From Patescibacteria group bacterium (GTDB lineage: Bacteria > Patescibacteriota > Dojkabacteria > GCA-002793355), in NCBI GenBank assembly GCA_016860985.1, contig BOKM01000001.1:527462-591461 (forward strand): a stretch of DNA of 64,000 nt. Direction: 5' to 3'. The position numbers and the translations under genes are program-made. The notes below the pieces were generated by a model. It saw only the letters and a program-made list of their open reading frames with translations. It searched no databases and was not told where the DNA came from. Of this stretch, positions 47,091 through 57,045 are shown piece after piece (position 1 is the stretch's first letter; every line of letters begins with the position of its first letter).

Positions 47091-48101
47091 ATGACACGGA
47101 TATTTACAGGGCTTCAACCCACAAATACGCTCCATATTGGAAATCTTTTAGGGAGCATTTTGCCGTGGCAGCAACTCGTCACCAACACTCCAGATGCCGA
47201 AGCATATCTTATGATTGCCGATCAGCATGCAATTACAATTAAGCAAGAATCTGAGGTTTTGCACTCAAAAATTCTTGAGGTGGCTGCAATTATGCTTGCT
47301 GCAGGGGTAGATTACCGCAAACATGTCGTGTTTCCGCAATCACAAAATCCTGACCATGCGTACGTTGGGTGGTTATATACGTGTCTTACTCCTATGGGGT
47401 GGCTTGATAGGATGACGCAGTTCAAAGAGAAAAAAGAAAAAGTTGAAGGTTACAAAGAAGCAGTAAGCACTGGTTTGTTTGCATACCCAACACTCATGGC
47501 AGCTGATATCCTGTTATACGATGCCGATATGGTCCCCGTTGGTGCCGATCAGAAACAACATGTCGAACTGACTTCAGATATTGCAAATCGCTTTAACTCT
47601 TTATATGGTCAAACTTTTAAGGTTCCTAATTTTCACACAAACAAGGAGACTACTAAGTTATTCGATTTGCAGGAACCAACAAAGAAAATGAGCAAGTCTG
47701 ATGCAAGCGATGCCGGAAGAATCTCACTTACGGACACCGTAGATGCAATCCGAAAAAAAATTATGAAATCTGTTACAGATAACGAAGCTGTGGTCGCCTA
47801 CGATGCAGTAAATAAACCAGGAATAAGCAATCTGCTTTCTATCTTTGCAGCCGTTTCTAAGAAATCAATCGCTGATCTTGTTTCGACGTATCACGATGCG
47901 GGATATGGCAAATTTAAAGGTGATGTCGCTGATGCCGTAATTTCCTACTTAGAGCCGTTTCAGCAAAAAATGAATGCTTTTCTTTCAGATAAGGCCGAGT
48001 TGCAGAGAATCTTGGACGATGGTGCGGCGAGGGCATACAAGGTATCGCATCCAAAAACACTAGAAGCAGCAGCTAAAATGGGTTTATACATACATGCGTA
48101 A
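47091..48101 (+). CDS. trpS: Tryptophan--tRNA ligase
   Basis: TGLQPT..LHIGN, YPTLMAADIL, VPVGADQKQH, KMSKS. Confidence 0.97.
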   Translation: MTRIFTGLQPTNTLHIGNLLGSILPWQQLVTNTPDAEAYLMIADQHAITIKQESEVLHSKILEVAAIMLAAGVDYRKHVVFPQSQNPDHAYVGWLYTCLTPMGWLDRMTQFKEKKEKVEGYKEAVSTGLFAYPTLMAADILLYDADMVPVGADQKQHVELTSDIANRFNSLYGQTFKVPNFHTNKETTKLFDLQEPTKKMSKSDASDAGRISLTDTVDAIRKKIMKSVTDNEAVVAYDAVNKPGISNLLSIFAAVSKKSIADLVSTYHDAGYGKFKGDVADAVISYLEPFQQKMNAFLSDKAELQRILDDGAARAYKVSHPKTLEAAAKMGLYIHA

Positions 48102-48501
48102 ACGAGATGTACTTACTTTTGGTGGAGTTATTCTCGGAGCAGCTGGTGTACTTGTTGCCGGCTTAATTCTAAAGAAGTTCATAGCCAATAAAAAGGTAGA
48201 GAAGTTTGAGGAAGAATTAGTGTCGGCTATTATTGAAAAATCTCCGATAAAAATTGCTACGCCAAAAAAGAAAAAACAGGCAAAGTCTAGAAAGGAATCA
48301 AAACTAGCCAAAACCAAACAGGGTAATGCGCTGCGTTTGCTCAAATACTTTAAGCCAGGAGTCATGTACTCACAAGTAGATTTGGTCGACAAATCGGGTA
48401 TTCCGTATAGAACTATTCGTCGGTACACAGAGTTTCTTCTCCAGCAAAAGAAAATAACCGCAAGTGGATACGGGAAGGGTAAAAAGTTTCAAAAATCCTA
48501 A
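48094..48501 (+). CDS. Membrane-anchored protein with C-terminal winged-helix-like domain
   Basis: N-terminal TM, Lys-rich linker, SQVDLVDKSGIPYRTIRRY...GYGKGK. Confidence 0.6.
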   Translation: MRKRDVLTFGGVILGAAGVLVAGLILKKFIANKKVEKFEEELVSAIIEKSPIKIATPKKKKQAKSRKESKLAKTKQGNALRLLKYFKPGVMYSQVDLVDKSGIPYRTIRRYTEFLLQQKKITASGYGKGKKFQKS

Positions 48502-48549
48502 GTCCGTTTTATAGGTTGAGGTGTATCGTTGCTTGTGTTACGCTGAACT

Positions 48550-50088
48550 ATGGAAGAAAATCAACCAAACATTTCTGCAGTGAATCTCTCTGATAGCTCA
48601 AACGTAAATACGCCTCCGATAGAAAATGCGCTCCCTTCATCAAAAAAGAAGAATCTCGTTCGTATAATACTTGTTGGTGGGTTACTGTTAACCCTTCTTG
48701 TTGGCTACCTCATTTCACAAGGAATACTTCCTATAAACTCACGACAAGGTAATGCTACTCCGACACCGGTCCCCACATTGGCCGTATTAACTCTTGTAAA
48801 GCCATTCGCGCCGTTAACAGCAAGCATAGGAACTCCCTTTACCTTTCAAATTAGAGTTGCGGAAACTGTGCAGAATCCACTGTTTGAAGTTCTAGGAATT
48901 CCCGGAGCTACAGTATCGCAAAGTGGATTAGTGACGTGGACTCCATCAGAAGAGGGCACCGTGAACGGTAAAGTAAAAGTTACTACAGCGATGGCACAAG
49001 GAGAGCTTGATATTCAAATTCTGGTGAACAAAGAATCTGGTTCGGTTAGCGGTAAAAATATGATTGATCCAAAAGTACAGATGCCTTTGTATCCAGTATT
49101 TTATTCACTTGAAATGGATGATAACGTCCGCCAGCTTTGGGTAATGAACAAAGATGGGTCGGGGCAAGTGTTTACTGGCGTATCGCATATTGCGGGTGAA
49201 ATTGAGAACGTTCCTTATTTTGGAGGAGTCCTTTATACTGTGAGTAGTACAGAAGAAAAAACAAAAAGCGATTCCTTAAAGCTATTTTATTACTCATCGT
49301 TAACGGGCGACACCTTGGTTGTAGAAAATGCAGCTGCGCCAAAAGGGTATGTTGGGTCGGTTGTGAGCCCGACTCTTTCTCCAGGTGGAGAGTATATTGT
49401 GTATATTTATTCAACTTACAAGATTGGCGAAATGGGTGATGAAGTTGCCTACTATGTTTACAATCTTGCGACGGGAGAAAAAAAGAAATTGCCAGAAGCT
49501 CCGGCGATATCAATGCAGTGGAGTAAAAAATATCCTAATAGCGTTCATCTCGCTCGTGATTCTGGCTGGTACGCCTATCACGTATGGACAGAAGAGAAAA
49601 CATTGCTTAGCGCAGATATTGGAAGTATCCCAAGTGAAGGCGATTATTTAGAAATTGATGAAAATACTTCTCTTGAATTGCAAGGAAACCCCGATGAAGA
49701 GGTAAAGCTTGTGCTTAAAAAATCCGAAGAATCAAAAACTGTAGATACGAGTACGTGGGCTGTATTGCAACCCTTCTTTTGTGTTTCACCGGACAAAAAA
49801 TCCGTGATGTATGAATACGATATAAGGACGGGCGATAATACTTTTTCAACAATAAAGCGAGTCGACATTGAGGATGGAGCGGTAAGTTGGGTAACTACAA
49901 ATACGCCAGTAAAAGAAGGGTACTGGCTTAAAGGGTGCTTGTGGACGTCTGACCATACGGTCATTATTCATATGCTTACCGACGAAACAAAACCAGATTC
50001 TACATTCCAACTTGTGGAACTAGATACGGATACAAACAAAATCCGGCCACTTACCACAAAAGGTACGGCGCGTTTGATCTATTATTAG
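48550..50088 (+). CDS. Membrane-anchored surface protein with Ig-like domain and TolB-like beta-propeller
   Basis: TM, PT linker, PGATVSQSGLVTWTP (putative Ig), QLWVMNKDGSG, LSPGGEYI, SPDKKSV. Confidence 0.7.
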   Translation: MEENQPNISAVNLSDSSNVNTPPIENALPSSKKKNLVRIILVGGLLLTLLVGYLISQGILPINSRQGNATPTPVPTLAVLTLVKPFAPLTASIGTPFTFQIRVAETVQNPLFEVLGIPGATVSQSGLVTWTPSEEGTVNGKVKVTTAMAQGELDIQILVNKESGSVSGKNMIDPKVQMPLYPVFYSLEMDDNVRQLWVMNKDGSGQVFTGVSHIAGEIENVPYFGGVLYTVSSTEEKTKSDSLKLFYYSSLTGDTLVVENAAAPKGYVGSVVSPTLSPGGEYIVYIYSTYKIGEMGDEVAYYVYNLATGEKKKLPEAPAISMQWSKKYPNSVHLARDSGWYAYHVWTEEKTLLSADIGSIPSEGDYLEIDENTSLELQGNPDEEVKLVLKKSEESKTVDTSTWAVLQPFFCVSPDKKSVMYEYDIRTGDNTFSTIKRVDIEDGAVSWVTTNTPVKEGYWLKGCLWTSDHTVIIHMLTDETKPDSTFQLVELDTDTNKIRPLTTKGTARLIYY

Positions 50089-50140
50089 TAGATATCTGGG
50101 TACCGAAGCTTCGTAATAAGTGCTATAATTCTGCACTTGT

Positions 50141-50214
50141 GGGCCTGTAGCTCAGCTGGCTAGAGCATTCGCATGGCATGCGAAGGGTCACGGGTTCGAA
50201 TCCCGTCAGGTCCA
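50141..50214 (+). tRNA. tRNA-Ala(GGC)
   Basis: GGGCCTG/CAGGTCC with G3:U70, anticodon arm TTCGC-ATGGCAT-GCGAA; TGCTATAAT upstream. Confidence 0.95.
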
Positions 50215-50222
50215 TATTACAC

Positions 50223-51161
50223 ATGCCCCGTTCAAAAATTACTATGAAAGTCATACATTTTGACAGTCATGCAGATCAGGCACGGTATCAAACGCGTGCA
50301 GACCATGAATATATTTCAGATACCGTTAACCAATATTTAGCAACTAGGCCCGATGGAATTACAGCAGACGTGGTTAGTTGCTTTGACTCATCAAAATTTC
50401 GTCCAGAAGTTATTGATCAAATTCACGGAGTAAAGTTTATTGTAACCAGAGGGATTGGTTTAGATCACGTAGATAGAAGATACTGCGAAGAAAAGGGAAT
50501 AAAATTTTGCAATATTGAGTACGACAGGTCTGCAATTGCACATCATACATGGGCACTTATTCTATTTGCGGTCAGGCACTTACAGGAATCCTTCGAAAGG
50601 GTGAAAACGGGTTCATTTACAAGCAAAGGAATTGAGCCAAAAGGTCTGCAAGATATGACGTTAGGAATTCTTGGATATGGAAAAATTGGCAAAGAGGTTG
50701 CACGAATTGCAAAGGCTTTTGGAGTAAGAGTATTGGCGGTAGACAGAAAGCATGGTGTTGGAGATGTAGATGCAGAAGGGAACGCGGAATTTGTCACAAA
50801 AGATCAACTCTTGGAGCAAAGCGATATTGTTTCGCTGCATTGTGATTTAAATCCAGCAACCGAAGGTTTGATAAATGACCAAACAATTTCGAAGATGAAA
50901 CCAGGTTGTATTTTGGTAAATACTTCAAGAGGAAAACTAATTGACGAAGCTGCATTAATTCGTCACCAGAATCATTTTTCAGCAATAATGCTTGATGTAC
51001 TTGCAGACGAAAAAAAGCAAGATAACCACAGTGATGTTATTCTCCTCCCTAATGTGCATGTGACCCCGCATATGGCGCATAAATCAGAAGCAACAATTCG
51101 TGAAAGGTGGGAAGAAGCGTATCGGATTATCGATGATTTTGCAGCCGGCATGAACACGTAG
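50223..51161 (+). CDS. D-isomer-specific 2-hydroxyacid dehydrogenase (D-lactate dehydrogenase-like)
   Basis: GLDHVD, GILGYGKIG, SLHC, NTSRG, LDV, TPHMA. Confidence 0.9.
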   Translation: MPRSKITMKVIHFDSHADQARYQTRADHEYISDTVNQYLATRPDGITADVVSCFDSSKFRPEVIDQIHGVKFIVTRGIGLDHVDRRYCEEKGIKFCNIEYDRSAIAHHTWALILFAVRHLQESFERVKTGSFTSKGIEPKGLQDMTLGILGYGKIGKEVARIAKAFGVRVLAVDRKHGVGDVDAEGNAEFVTKDQLLEQSDIVSLHCDLNPATEGLINDQTISKMKPGCILVNTSRGKLIDEAALIRHQNHFSAIMLDVLADEKKQDNHSDVILLPNVHVTPHMAHKSEATIRERWEEAYRIIDDFAAGMNT

Positions 51162-51188
51162 CGTCCTTTTTCTCTGTTATAATTCTGT

Positions 51189-53012
51189 ATGTCTGCCCCA
51201 AAGAAGCGTTTACGCGCGAGTCTCTACGTAAAGAATATACCCCCCGGAGTATCACGTTTGTGGCATTATTGGGCTGTACTTAAGCGACATCTTCGTTATT
51301 ACGCTGCGTTTGATAAGGTATCGTTTTGGAAAGGAATTGGTGCAGGACTTCTTCGCGCGCCACTGGGTGCACTTACAATTTTTATTACGGGGCTTTTTGT
51401 TGACAGTATCGTTGATTTTTACCAACATTCACGCTTTATCATGGTTGGTGATTTCTCAATACCATATCCGTTGGTTTATATACTTGCCCTATTTTTAATC
51501 TCCCGTTTTCAACGCTTTTTGGATGCAGTGTACAATGTTTCTCTTATTAGAATTAGAAACAATGCGCTAGTAGGTTATAGGCAGGATTTATCCGAAAAAT
51601 TTCACAAACTTAATTCACAAGAGATTGATCGAGAGCAGGTTAAGGATCTAATAACAAAAGTAGAAACATTTTGGATTACCAACGCAACCAACTTTTATGG
51701 CCGCTTTGTTGGAGTATGGGAGTATTTTGTATCAATCATAATCGCTTTTGGGGCGTTGTCTGCGATTTCTCCCACTATTGCGTTGCTTGTAATCTTAGTA
51801 CCAATCCCTGAGATTTTCATAGTGTTTAAGCACTATCGAAAACATGCTCATTATGTTGATGATATTGCCCCATTAATGTTAGAACGAAATTACTATTTTT
51901 CAGCACTAACTGACCCAAGAACCTTTCCAGAACGAAAGATTAATGGAGTATTCCGATCCTTGATTGAGCGGTATCGGCACGTTGCTGACTTGGTAAGCAG
52001 TGGGTATAAAAAGGTGCTAGCAGATGGTGAAAAAAGAATATTGTCTATAAATATCTTTGATAATTTTTTACTAATGCTCTTAAAAGGCTACGTGCTTATT
52101 TCGAGTATTCTCGCCAAATCTCCTGTTGGTAAGATTACGGCAACAATAGGGTATATCGATTCGCTGTACAGAAACTCGTACGATTTACAAAACAACTTAA
52201 TCTCAATGTTCGATGAGTTAACTTTTATTGAGTACTTATATGAGTTTCAGGATATCAAAGGTTTTGCCGACGAACGTAAGAAAGGCAAGCATCTCAAAAA
52301 AGGGAGCCCAACAATTTCTCTGGAGCAAGCATCTTTCAAGTATGTGGATAGCGGAAAGGTAATTTTAGACAACGTTTCTCTGCAAATTAAGGGTGGAGAT
52401 AAGGTCATGATTCTAGGGAAAGACGGTACAGGAAAGAGTTCTATTTTGGCGCTGCTTGCCGGAATGTATGAACTCAGTGATGGGATTATTCGTTTTGGAA
52501 ATATACCAATACCAAAACTTGCCCGTGGTCAAATAAAAACAAAAATGTCGGTAGTTCCGGAAGATTTCGCCCGTTACTATATGACACTTAAAGAGAATAT
52601 TATATTGGGAGATCCAAAAAAGACTTTTGATGAGGCGTTATACAAAAAGGCACTAAACATAACCGGGCTAACTGAATGGATGAAAGCAAATAATATTGAT
52701 GACGAAAAAACAGTACTGGGTAATTATTTCGAGGGTAGTGTATCAATTTCTTCTGGCCACTGGCAGCGAATTGCAATAGCTCGAGCAATCTATAGAAACA
52801 GAGAGATATTCTTGCTTGATCAACCCTTTACGTATATTGATAGTCATTCTGTAGAACAGATACTCCCTAAGCTACTTGCGTTTATCGGGAATAGAACCCT
52901 TATTTGGATAAGTGAGCATACAGTACATGCCGACTATATGGATAAAGTATATGAGCTGGAAAACAAGCAGTTAGTCGAACGAAAGATTCGCAAAGGGAAA
53001 AATAGCAAGTAA
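51189..53012 (+). CDS. ABC transporter, fused permease/ATPase, degenerate NBD
   Basis: N-terminal TM domain; GKDGTGKS; ISSGHWQRIAIAR; Walker B FLLDQP. Confidence 0.88.
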   Translation: MSAPKKRLRASLYVKNIPPGVSRLWHYWAVLKRHLRYYAAFDKVSFWKGIGAGLLRAPLGALTIFITGLFVDSIVDFYQHSRFIMVGDFSIPYPLVYILALFLISRFQRFLDAVYNVSLIRIRNNALVGYRQDLSEKFHKLNSQEIDREQVKDLITKVETFWITNATNFYGRFVGVWEYFVSIIIAFGALSAISPTIALLVILVPIPEIFIVFKHYRKHAHYVDDIAPLMLERNYYFSALTDPRTFPERKINGVFRSLIERYRHVADLVSSGYKKVLADGEKRILSINIFDNFLLMLLKGYVLISSILAKSPVGKITATIGYIDSLYRNSYDLQNNLISMFDELTFIEYLYEFQDIKGFADERKKGKHLKKGSPTISLEQASFKYVDSGKVILDNVSLQIKGGDKVMILGKDGTGKSSILALLAGMYELSDGIIRFGNIPIPKLARGQIKTKMSVVPEDFARYYMTLKENIILGDPKKTFDEALYKKALNITGLTEWMKANNIDDEKTVLGNYFEGSVSISSGHWQRIAIARAIYRNREIFLLDQPFTYIDSHSVEQILPKLLAFIGNRTLIWISEHTVHADYMDKVYELENKQLVERKIRKGKNSK

Positions 53013-53023
53013 TCCAAATAATT

Positions 53024-53096
53024 TCGGAGTAGTGGGACTCGAACCCACGACCTCGCGTACCCGAAACGCGTGCTCTACCAACTGAGCCATACTCCG
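53024..53096 (-). tRNA. tRNA-Pro(CGG)
   Basis: CGGAGTA/TACTCCG acceptor, anticodon arm CGCGT-TTCGGGT-ACGCG. Confidence 0.95.
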
Positions 53097-53214
53097 AATG
53101 TACCGCAAATACTGTATTATTGGAGATTATCCCTCATTTCATGCAAATCCGCAATCATTGACTTGAATATCAAATCGCACTATCATGAAAGATACTTATT
53201 TGTTAGGTACCTCC

Positions 53215-56200
53215 ATGAAAAAAAAGCAAATTCTCTTTTCCATAACAGCAGTGTTGACACTACTTTTTGGAGCTTTCTTTCTGCAACCTTTCTTGGTGCA
53301 ACCACAACAATTGCCGGAGGTACAGGCGGTTTCTGAACAACCAGTGTACATTCCAACAAACTATCGTAATATCGGTATCCCAATGTCTGTTGTTGTGCTC
53401 GAAGATGGAAGTTATTGGTATCCTGACCAACAAAATGGAAGAGTTGTAAAAGTTAGTGCAGCTGGTGAAATTGAAAGAACGGTTGGTCGATATGGTTCAG
53501 CAGAAGGTGAATTTGAAGGCGACATCATGGATATCGCTGTAGATAACGAGGGGTATCTTTATGTCCAGACTTTTCAGCATACCTATAAGCTAGATTTTAA
53601 CGGTGGATTTATAAAAATGTGGGGAGTACTTGGTTCTGGCCCACAAGATTACTCTAATCCAGGCTTTATTCATTACGACGAGTTTAGCGATTCTTTGTAT
53701 GTGTCAAATAGCATTCACAACGAAGTGATGAAATTCACTAAAGAAGGCGTGTTTGTGTCGGAATTTGGAACAGAAGGTACTGGCAATGGCGAATTCCGTC
53801 ACCCAACTGGAGTTACTACCGATTCAAATGGACGTATTTATGTGATGGATGGAGATAACGAACGTGGACAAGTATTTTCTCCTGACGGAACCTTCTTGTT
53901 TACCTTCGGTGGCCCAGGAAGTGGCGATGGACAGTTCACTGCACCGCAAGATGTGCTAATCAAAGCTAATGGAAACATTGTTGTTGCATCTCAAAACTCA
54001 CAGAAAATTCAGGAATTTGACTCTGAAGGGAACTGGGTTACATCGTGGGGAGAGGGTGGTTCAAGCGCATGGCAGTTTCTTGCCCCTAGAGGGTTATCGC
54101 AAGATTCATCAGGAAATATCTATGTATCTGATTGGACGCTAAAGTCAATTCAAAAATTCACCTCAACGGGAACGTACGTTTCAAGTGTTCGAAATAGCGG
54201 AAACGTAAGCGGAAAATTGACAGTTCCCACTGCTGTGGCTTATGACTCAATTGGAAATTTGTACGTTCTTGATAATGGTGCCTACGAGGCTCGAGTACAG
54301 AAATTCACAAATGCGGGTACCTATCTTTCAACAATTATTGATCCTGAAGATATGGATATCGCAAGCTACCGAATGAAGATTAAAAATGATGAGTTGTATA
54401 TTACGGAGTATCATGGTTTTAAGAAGTTTGACCTAAACGGCAATCTGCTTTTGACAGTGGCTGCCGATGGAACAGGAGATGGGCAGTTTATCAATGCAAG
54501 AGGTATTGATATTGATTCCGCTGGGAATATCTATGTGGCAGATGGGGAGAGTGCGAGAATTCAAAAGTTTGATAGTGCAGGCAATTATCTGGCGCAATGG
54601 GGTACACGTGGCACAGGTAACGGACAATTTGGTTGGCCCGAAGAGTTAATTATTGATGGATCGGACAATATCTATGTCGCAGACAATCAATGGAGTGGGG
54701 CTTCGGACAATACGAGAATTCAGGTTTTTAATACTAGTGGCGTTTATCAAAGGACAATTGGTAGTTTTGGCTCTGACGATGGACAATTCTTTACAATTGG
54801 TGGAATGGCATTTGATGCAGAGGGTAAGTTACATGTATCAGAGGCCTACTTCACTAAAATTCAAGTATTTAATGCAGACGGAACATACTCTCACAAATAT
54901 GCCGCTGTTGGTGGTGATAATGGTGGTGTACGTACAGGAAGTGGTGTAGAGGAACTCTTTGAACCAAGTGGTCTTGCCCTCAATCCAATTTCAGACAATA
55001 TGACAATTGCTGATTCGCAAAATCACCGAGTTCAACTTATGCCTTCAGGAACACGAATCTACAATTTGATTTCAAGTGCAGACGTACTATCTAATACCGA
55101 TAGTGCGAGTTTGGTGTACCGATATTACGACCCACAATCGTCCGGAATAAGTAATATTTCTTCGAGTCTGTACTTCGGCGATTATGTTGTTTCTGACTTT
55201 TCTGTAAACCTAAGTGCTGATCGGGATTGGGTAAATGTTAACGTACTAACTCTTCCGAATGAATCAAAATCACTCGTTGTTAATCTTGACCCAACAAATG
55301 CCCCTGGAGTCTCTTCTTCGCATTCACTTTATATTGTAAAACAGGCAGGGCAGACATCAGTTCGAGTTTGTCCAGATGCAGATCAACTTGCAGAAGTAAC
55401 CGAAGATTGTGCCGGTGGGTATGAGTTAACTGAAGGCTCTCCAAGCCTTTCAAGTGTTACAATTGGTGGAAAAACTTACTGGAAAGTTACTGGACTTACC
55501 GGTACTGGTATTATGAGTGTTGCGGGTGATATTACCCCAACCCCAACAGCAACCGTTACATCTACCCCGACAGCAACTGTTACGGGTACGGCAACGGTGA
55601 CTCCAACTCCAACTTCCACTACCACCGTGACCAGTATTCCTCTTCCAACAGGAACAATTATCGCTGCGGTAACACTACCTCCTGCAGTTAAGGGAGATAA
55701 TCCAGTTTGTCCTACTTTTGAGTCCTTTACCGTATCGCAAACACTTGTGAAGCGTGGTGAGAGCGTAAAGATCAAATGGACGACAAAGAATACAGAGATA
55801 GTGCGAATGCCACTTTCTGCCGATGATTTGCCAGCAGTCGGCGAGTATATGCTGACTCCGGAGAAGAGTGTTGAACTTATGTTTACTGCGGATAATGGAT
55901 ACTGTACTGCTAAAAAGACTGCAAATATAATGGTTGTAGACTCGTTGCCATGGACAAACACAATCACCGTTGGAACGGGGCTCTTGCTTGTCGAGGCAGC
56001 ACTCGCCATTCAGCAACCGGTCATGTTTGGGAATATATGGCTTGCAATTGCTGGCTTCTTAAGTCGTAAAAAGCGTCAAACTTGGGGTATTGTTTACCAC
56101 TCAGGAACCAAGAAGCCACTAGGACGTGTGATTGTTCGTCTATTAAGAGAAGATAAAACAATTGCAGACACCGTGGTTTCCGAAGCGAACGGAACGTTCC

Positions 56201-56859
56201 GTTTGACACCAAAGGTCGGGAAGTACACGGTCGTCGCATCATTAGGTGGCTACACTTTCCCCTCAACGGTCGTAACGGCCGAAAATGACGGCGGCTTTAC
56301 GAATGTATACAGAGGACAAGTTATTGAAGTATCCGATACTGCGAAAGGTATCCTTCTTTCGATTCCTATGGATAGCGCAACTATGAGTGACTCAGAAAAA
56401 AGGAGTGCTCAGCTTAAAGGAAAAGTAACAGAGGCAGTAGAATTCCTAAGTAACTTGCTCGTATTCGCAGGTTTTGCCTATGGCTTGTATGTTGCGTATC
56501 AGTATCCTCATGCTTACAATTACGCAATACTTGCGGTATATGGGGTATTCCTGGTGTTAAAGCTTTTCTTGGTACTTCCTAAGAAAACGGTAGGAAGAAC
56601 GCTGTTTTCAGATGGATCGCCTGTTGCGGGAGTAGAGCTCGGCTTATTCGATACCGAATTTAAGAACTTGCTTTACCGTACATTTACTAACGAGAACGGT
56701 GAGTATAGCTTTGTTGTGCCAAATCAAACGTACAACCTAAAGGTGATGGATGACAGGTATCGAATCGCACAAAAGGGACAACTTGTTCAAGGTGTACAGC
56801 TTGAGTCGAAAGGCAATGATACCGTAAGGGTAATAACAAACGACTTTACGCTTGAATAA
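53215..56859 (+). CDS. Large surface protein: two NHL propellers, Cys-containing domain, PT linker, carboxypeptidase-regulatory-like domains, C-terminal membrane segments
   Basis: Signal-like N-terminus; about 12 NHL repeats; VSEANGTF and FTNENGEY motifs. Start may be 53185. Confidence 0.85.
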   Translation: MKKKQILFSITAVLTLLFGAFFLQPFLVQPQQLPEVQAVSEQPVYIPTNYRNIGIPMSVVVLEDGSYWYPDQQNGRVVKVSAAGEIERTVGRYGSAEGEFEGDIMDIAVDNEGYLYVQTFQHTYKLDFNGGFIKMWGVLGSGPQDYSNPGFIHYDEFSDSLYVSNSIHNEVMKFTKEGVFVSEFGTEGTGNGEFRHPTGVTTDSNGRIYVMDGDNERGQVFSPDGTFLFTFGGPGSGDGQFTAPQDVLIKANGNIVVASQNSQKIQEFDSEGNWVTSWGEGGSSAWQFLAPRGLSQDSSGNIYVSDWTLKSIQKFTSTGTYVSSVRNSGNVSGKLTVPTAVAYDSIGNLYVLDNGAYEARVQKFTNAGTYLSTIIDPEDMDIASYRMKIKNDELYITEYHGFKKFDLNGNLLLTVAADGTGDGQFINARGIDIDSAGNIYVADGESARIQKFDSAGNYLAQWGTRGTGNGQFGWPEELIIDGSDNIYVADNQWSGASDNTRIQVFNTSGVYQRTIGSFGSDDGQFFTIGGMAFDAEGKLHVSEAYFTKIQVFNADGTYSHKYAAVGGDNGGVRTGSGVEELFEPSGLALNPISDNMTIADSQNHRVQLMPSGTRIYNLISSADVLSNTDSASLVYRYYDPQSSGISNISSSLYFGDYVVSDFSVNLSADRDWVNVNVLTLPNESKSLVVNLDPTNAPGVSSSHSLYIVKQAGQTSVRVCPDADQLAEVTEDCAGGYELTEGSPSLSSVTIGGKTYWKVTGLTGTGIMSVAGDITPTPTATVTSTPTATVTGTATVTPTPTSTTTVTSIPLPTGTIIAAVTLPPAVKGDNPVCPTFESFTVSQTLVKRGESVKIKWTTKNTEIVRMPLSADDLPAVGEYMLTPEKSVELMFTADNGYCTAKKTANIMVVDSLPWTNTITVGTGLLLVEAALAIQQPVMFGNIWLAIAGFLSRKKRQTWGIVYHSGTKKPLGRVIVRLLREDKTIADTVVSEANGTFRLTPKVGKYTVVASLGGYTFPSTVVTAENDGGFTNVYRGQVIEVSDTAKGILLSIPMDSATMSDSEKRSAQLKGKVTEAVEFLSNLLVFAGFAYGLYVAYQYPHAYNYAILAVYGVFLVLKLFLVLPKKTVGRTLFSDGSPVAGVELGLFDTEFKNLLYRTFTNENGEYSFVVPNQTYNLKVMDDRYRIAQKGQLVQGVQLESKGNDTVRVITNDFTLE

Positions 56860-56899
56860 CCTAGGAATAAGGGGTGAATTAGTGATATAATTCACCTAC

Positions 56900-56972
56900 G
56901 GGCAGTTAGCTCAGCTGGTAGAGCTCGCGACTTACATTCGCGCGGTCATAGGTTCGAGTCCTATACTGCCCA
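56900..56972 (+). tRNA. tRNA-Val(TAC)
   Basis: GGGCAGT/ACTGCCC acceptor, anticodon arm CGCGA-CTTACAT-TCGCG; TGATATAAT upstream. Confidence 0.95.
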
Positions 56973-57045
56973 TGTGTGAATTTTGAATTTTTCCAAAAGT
57001 ACACAAGAGAATTTCCAATGAAAGAGAATCTGAATACAGGGTGTC

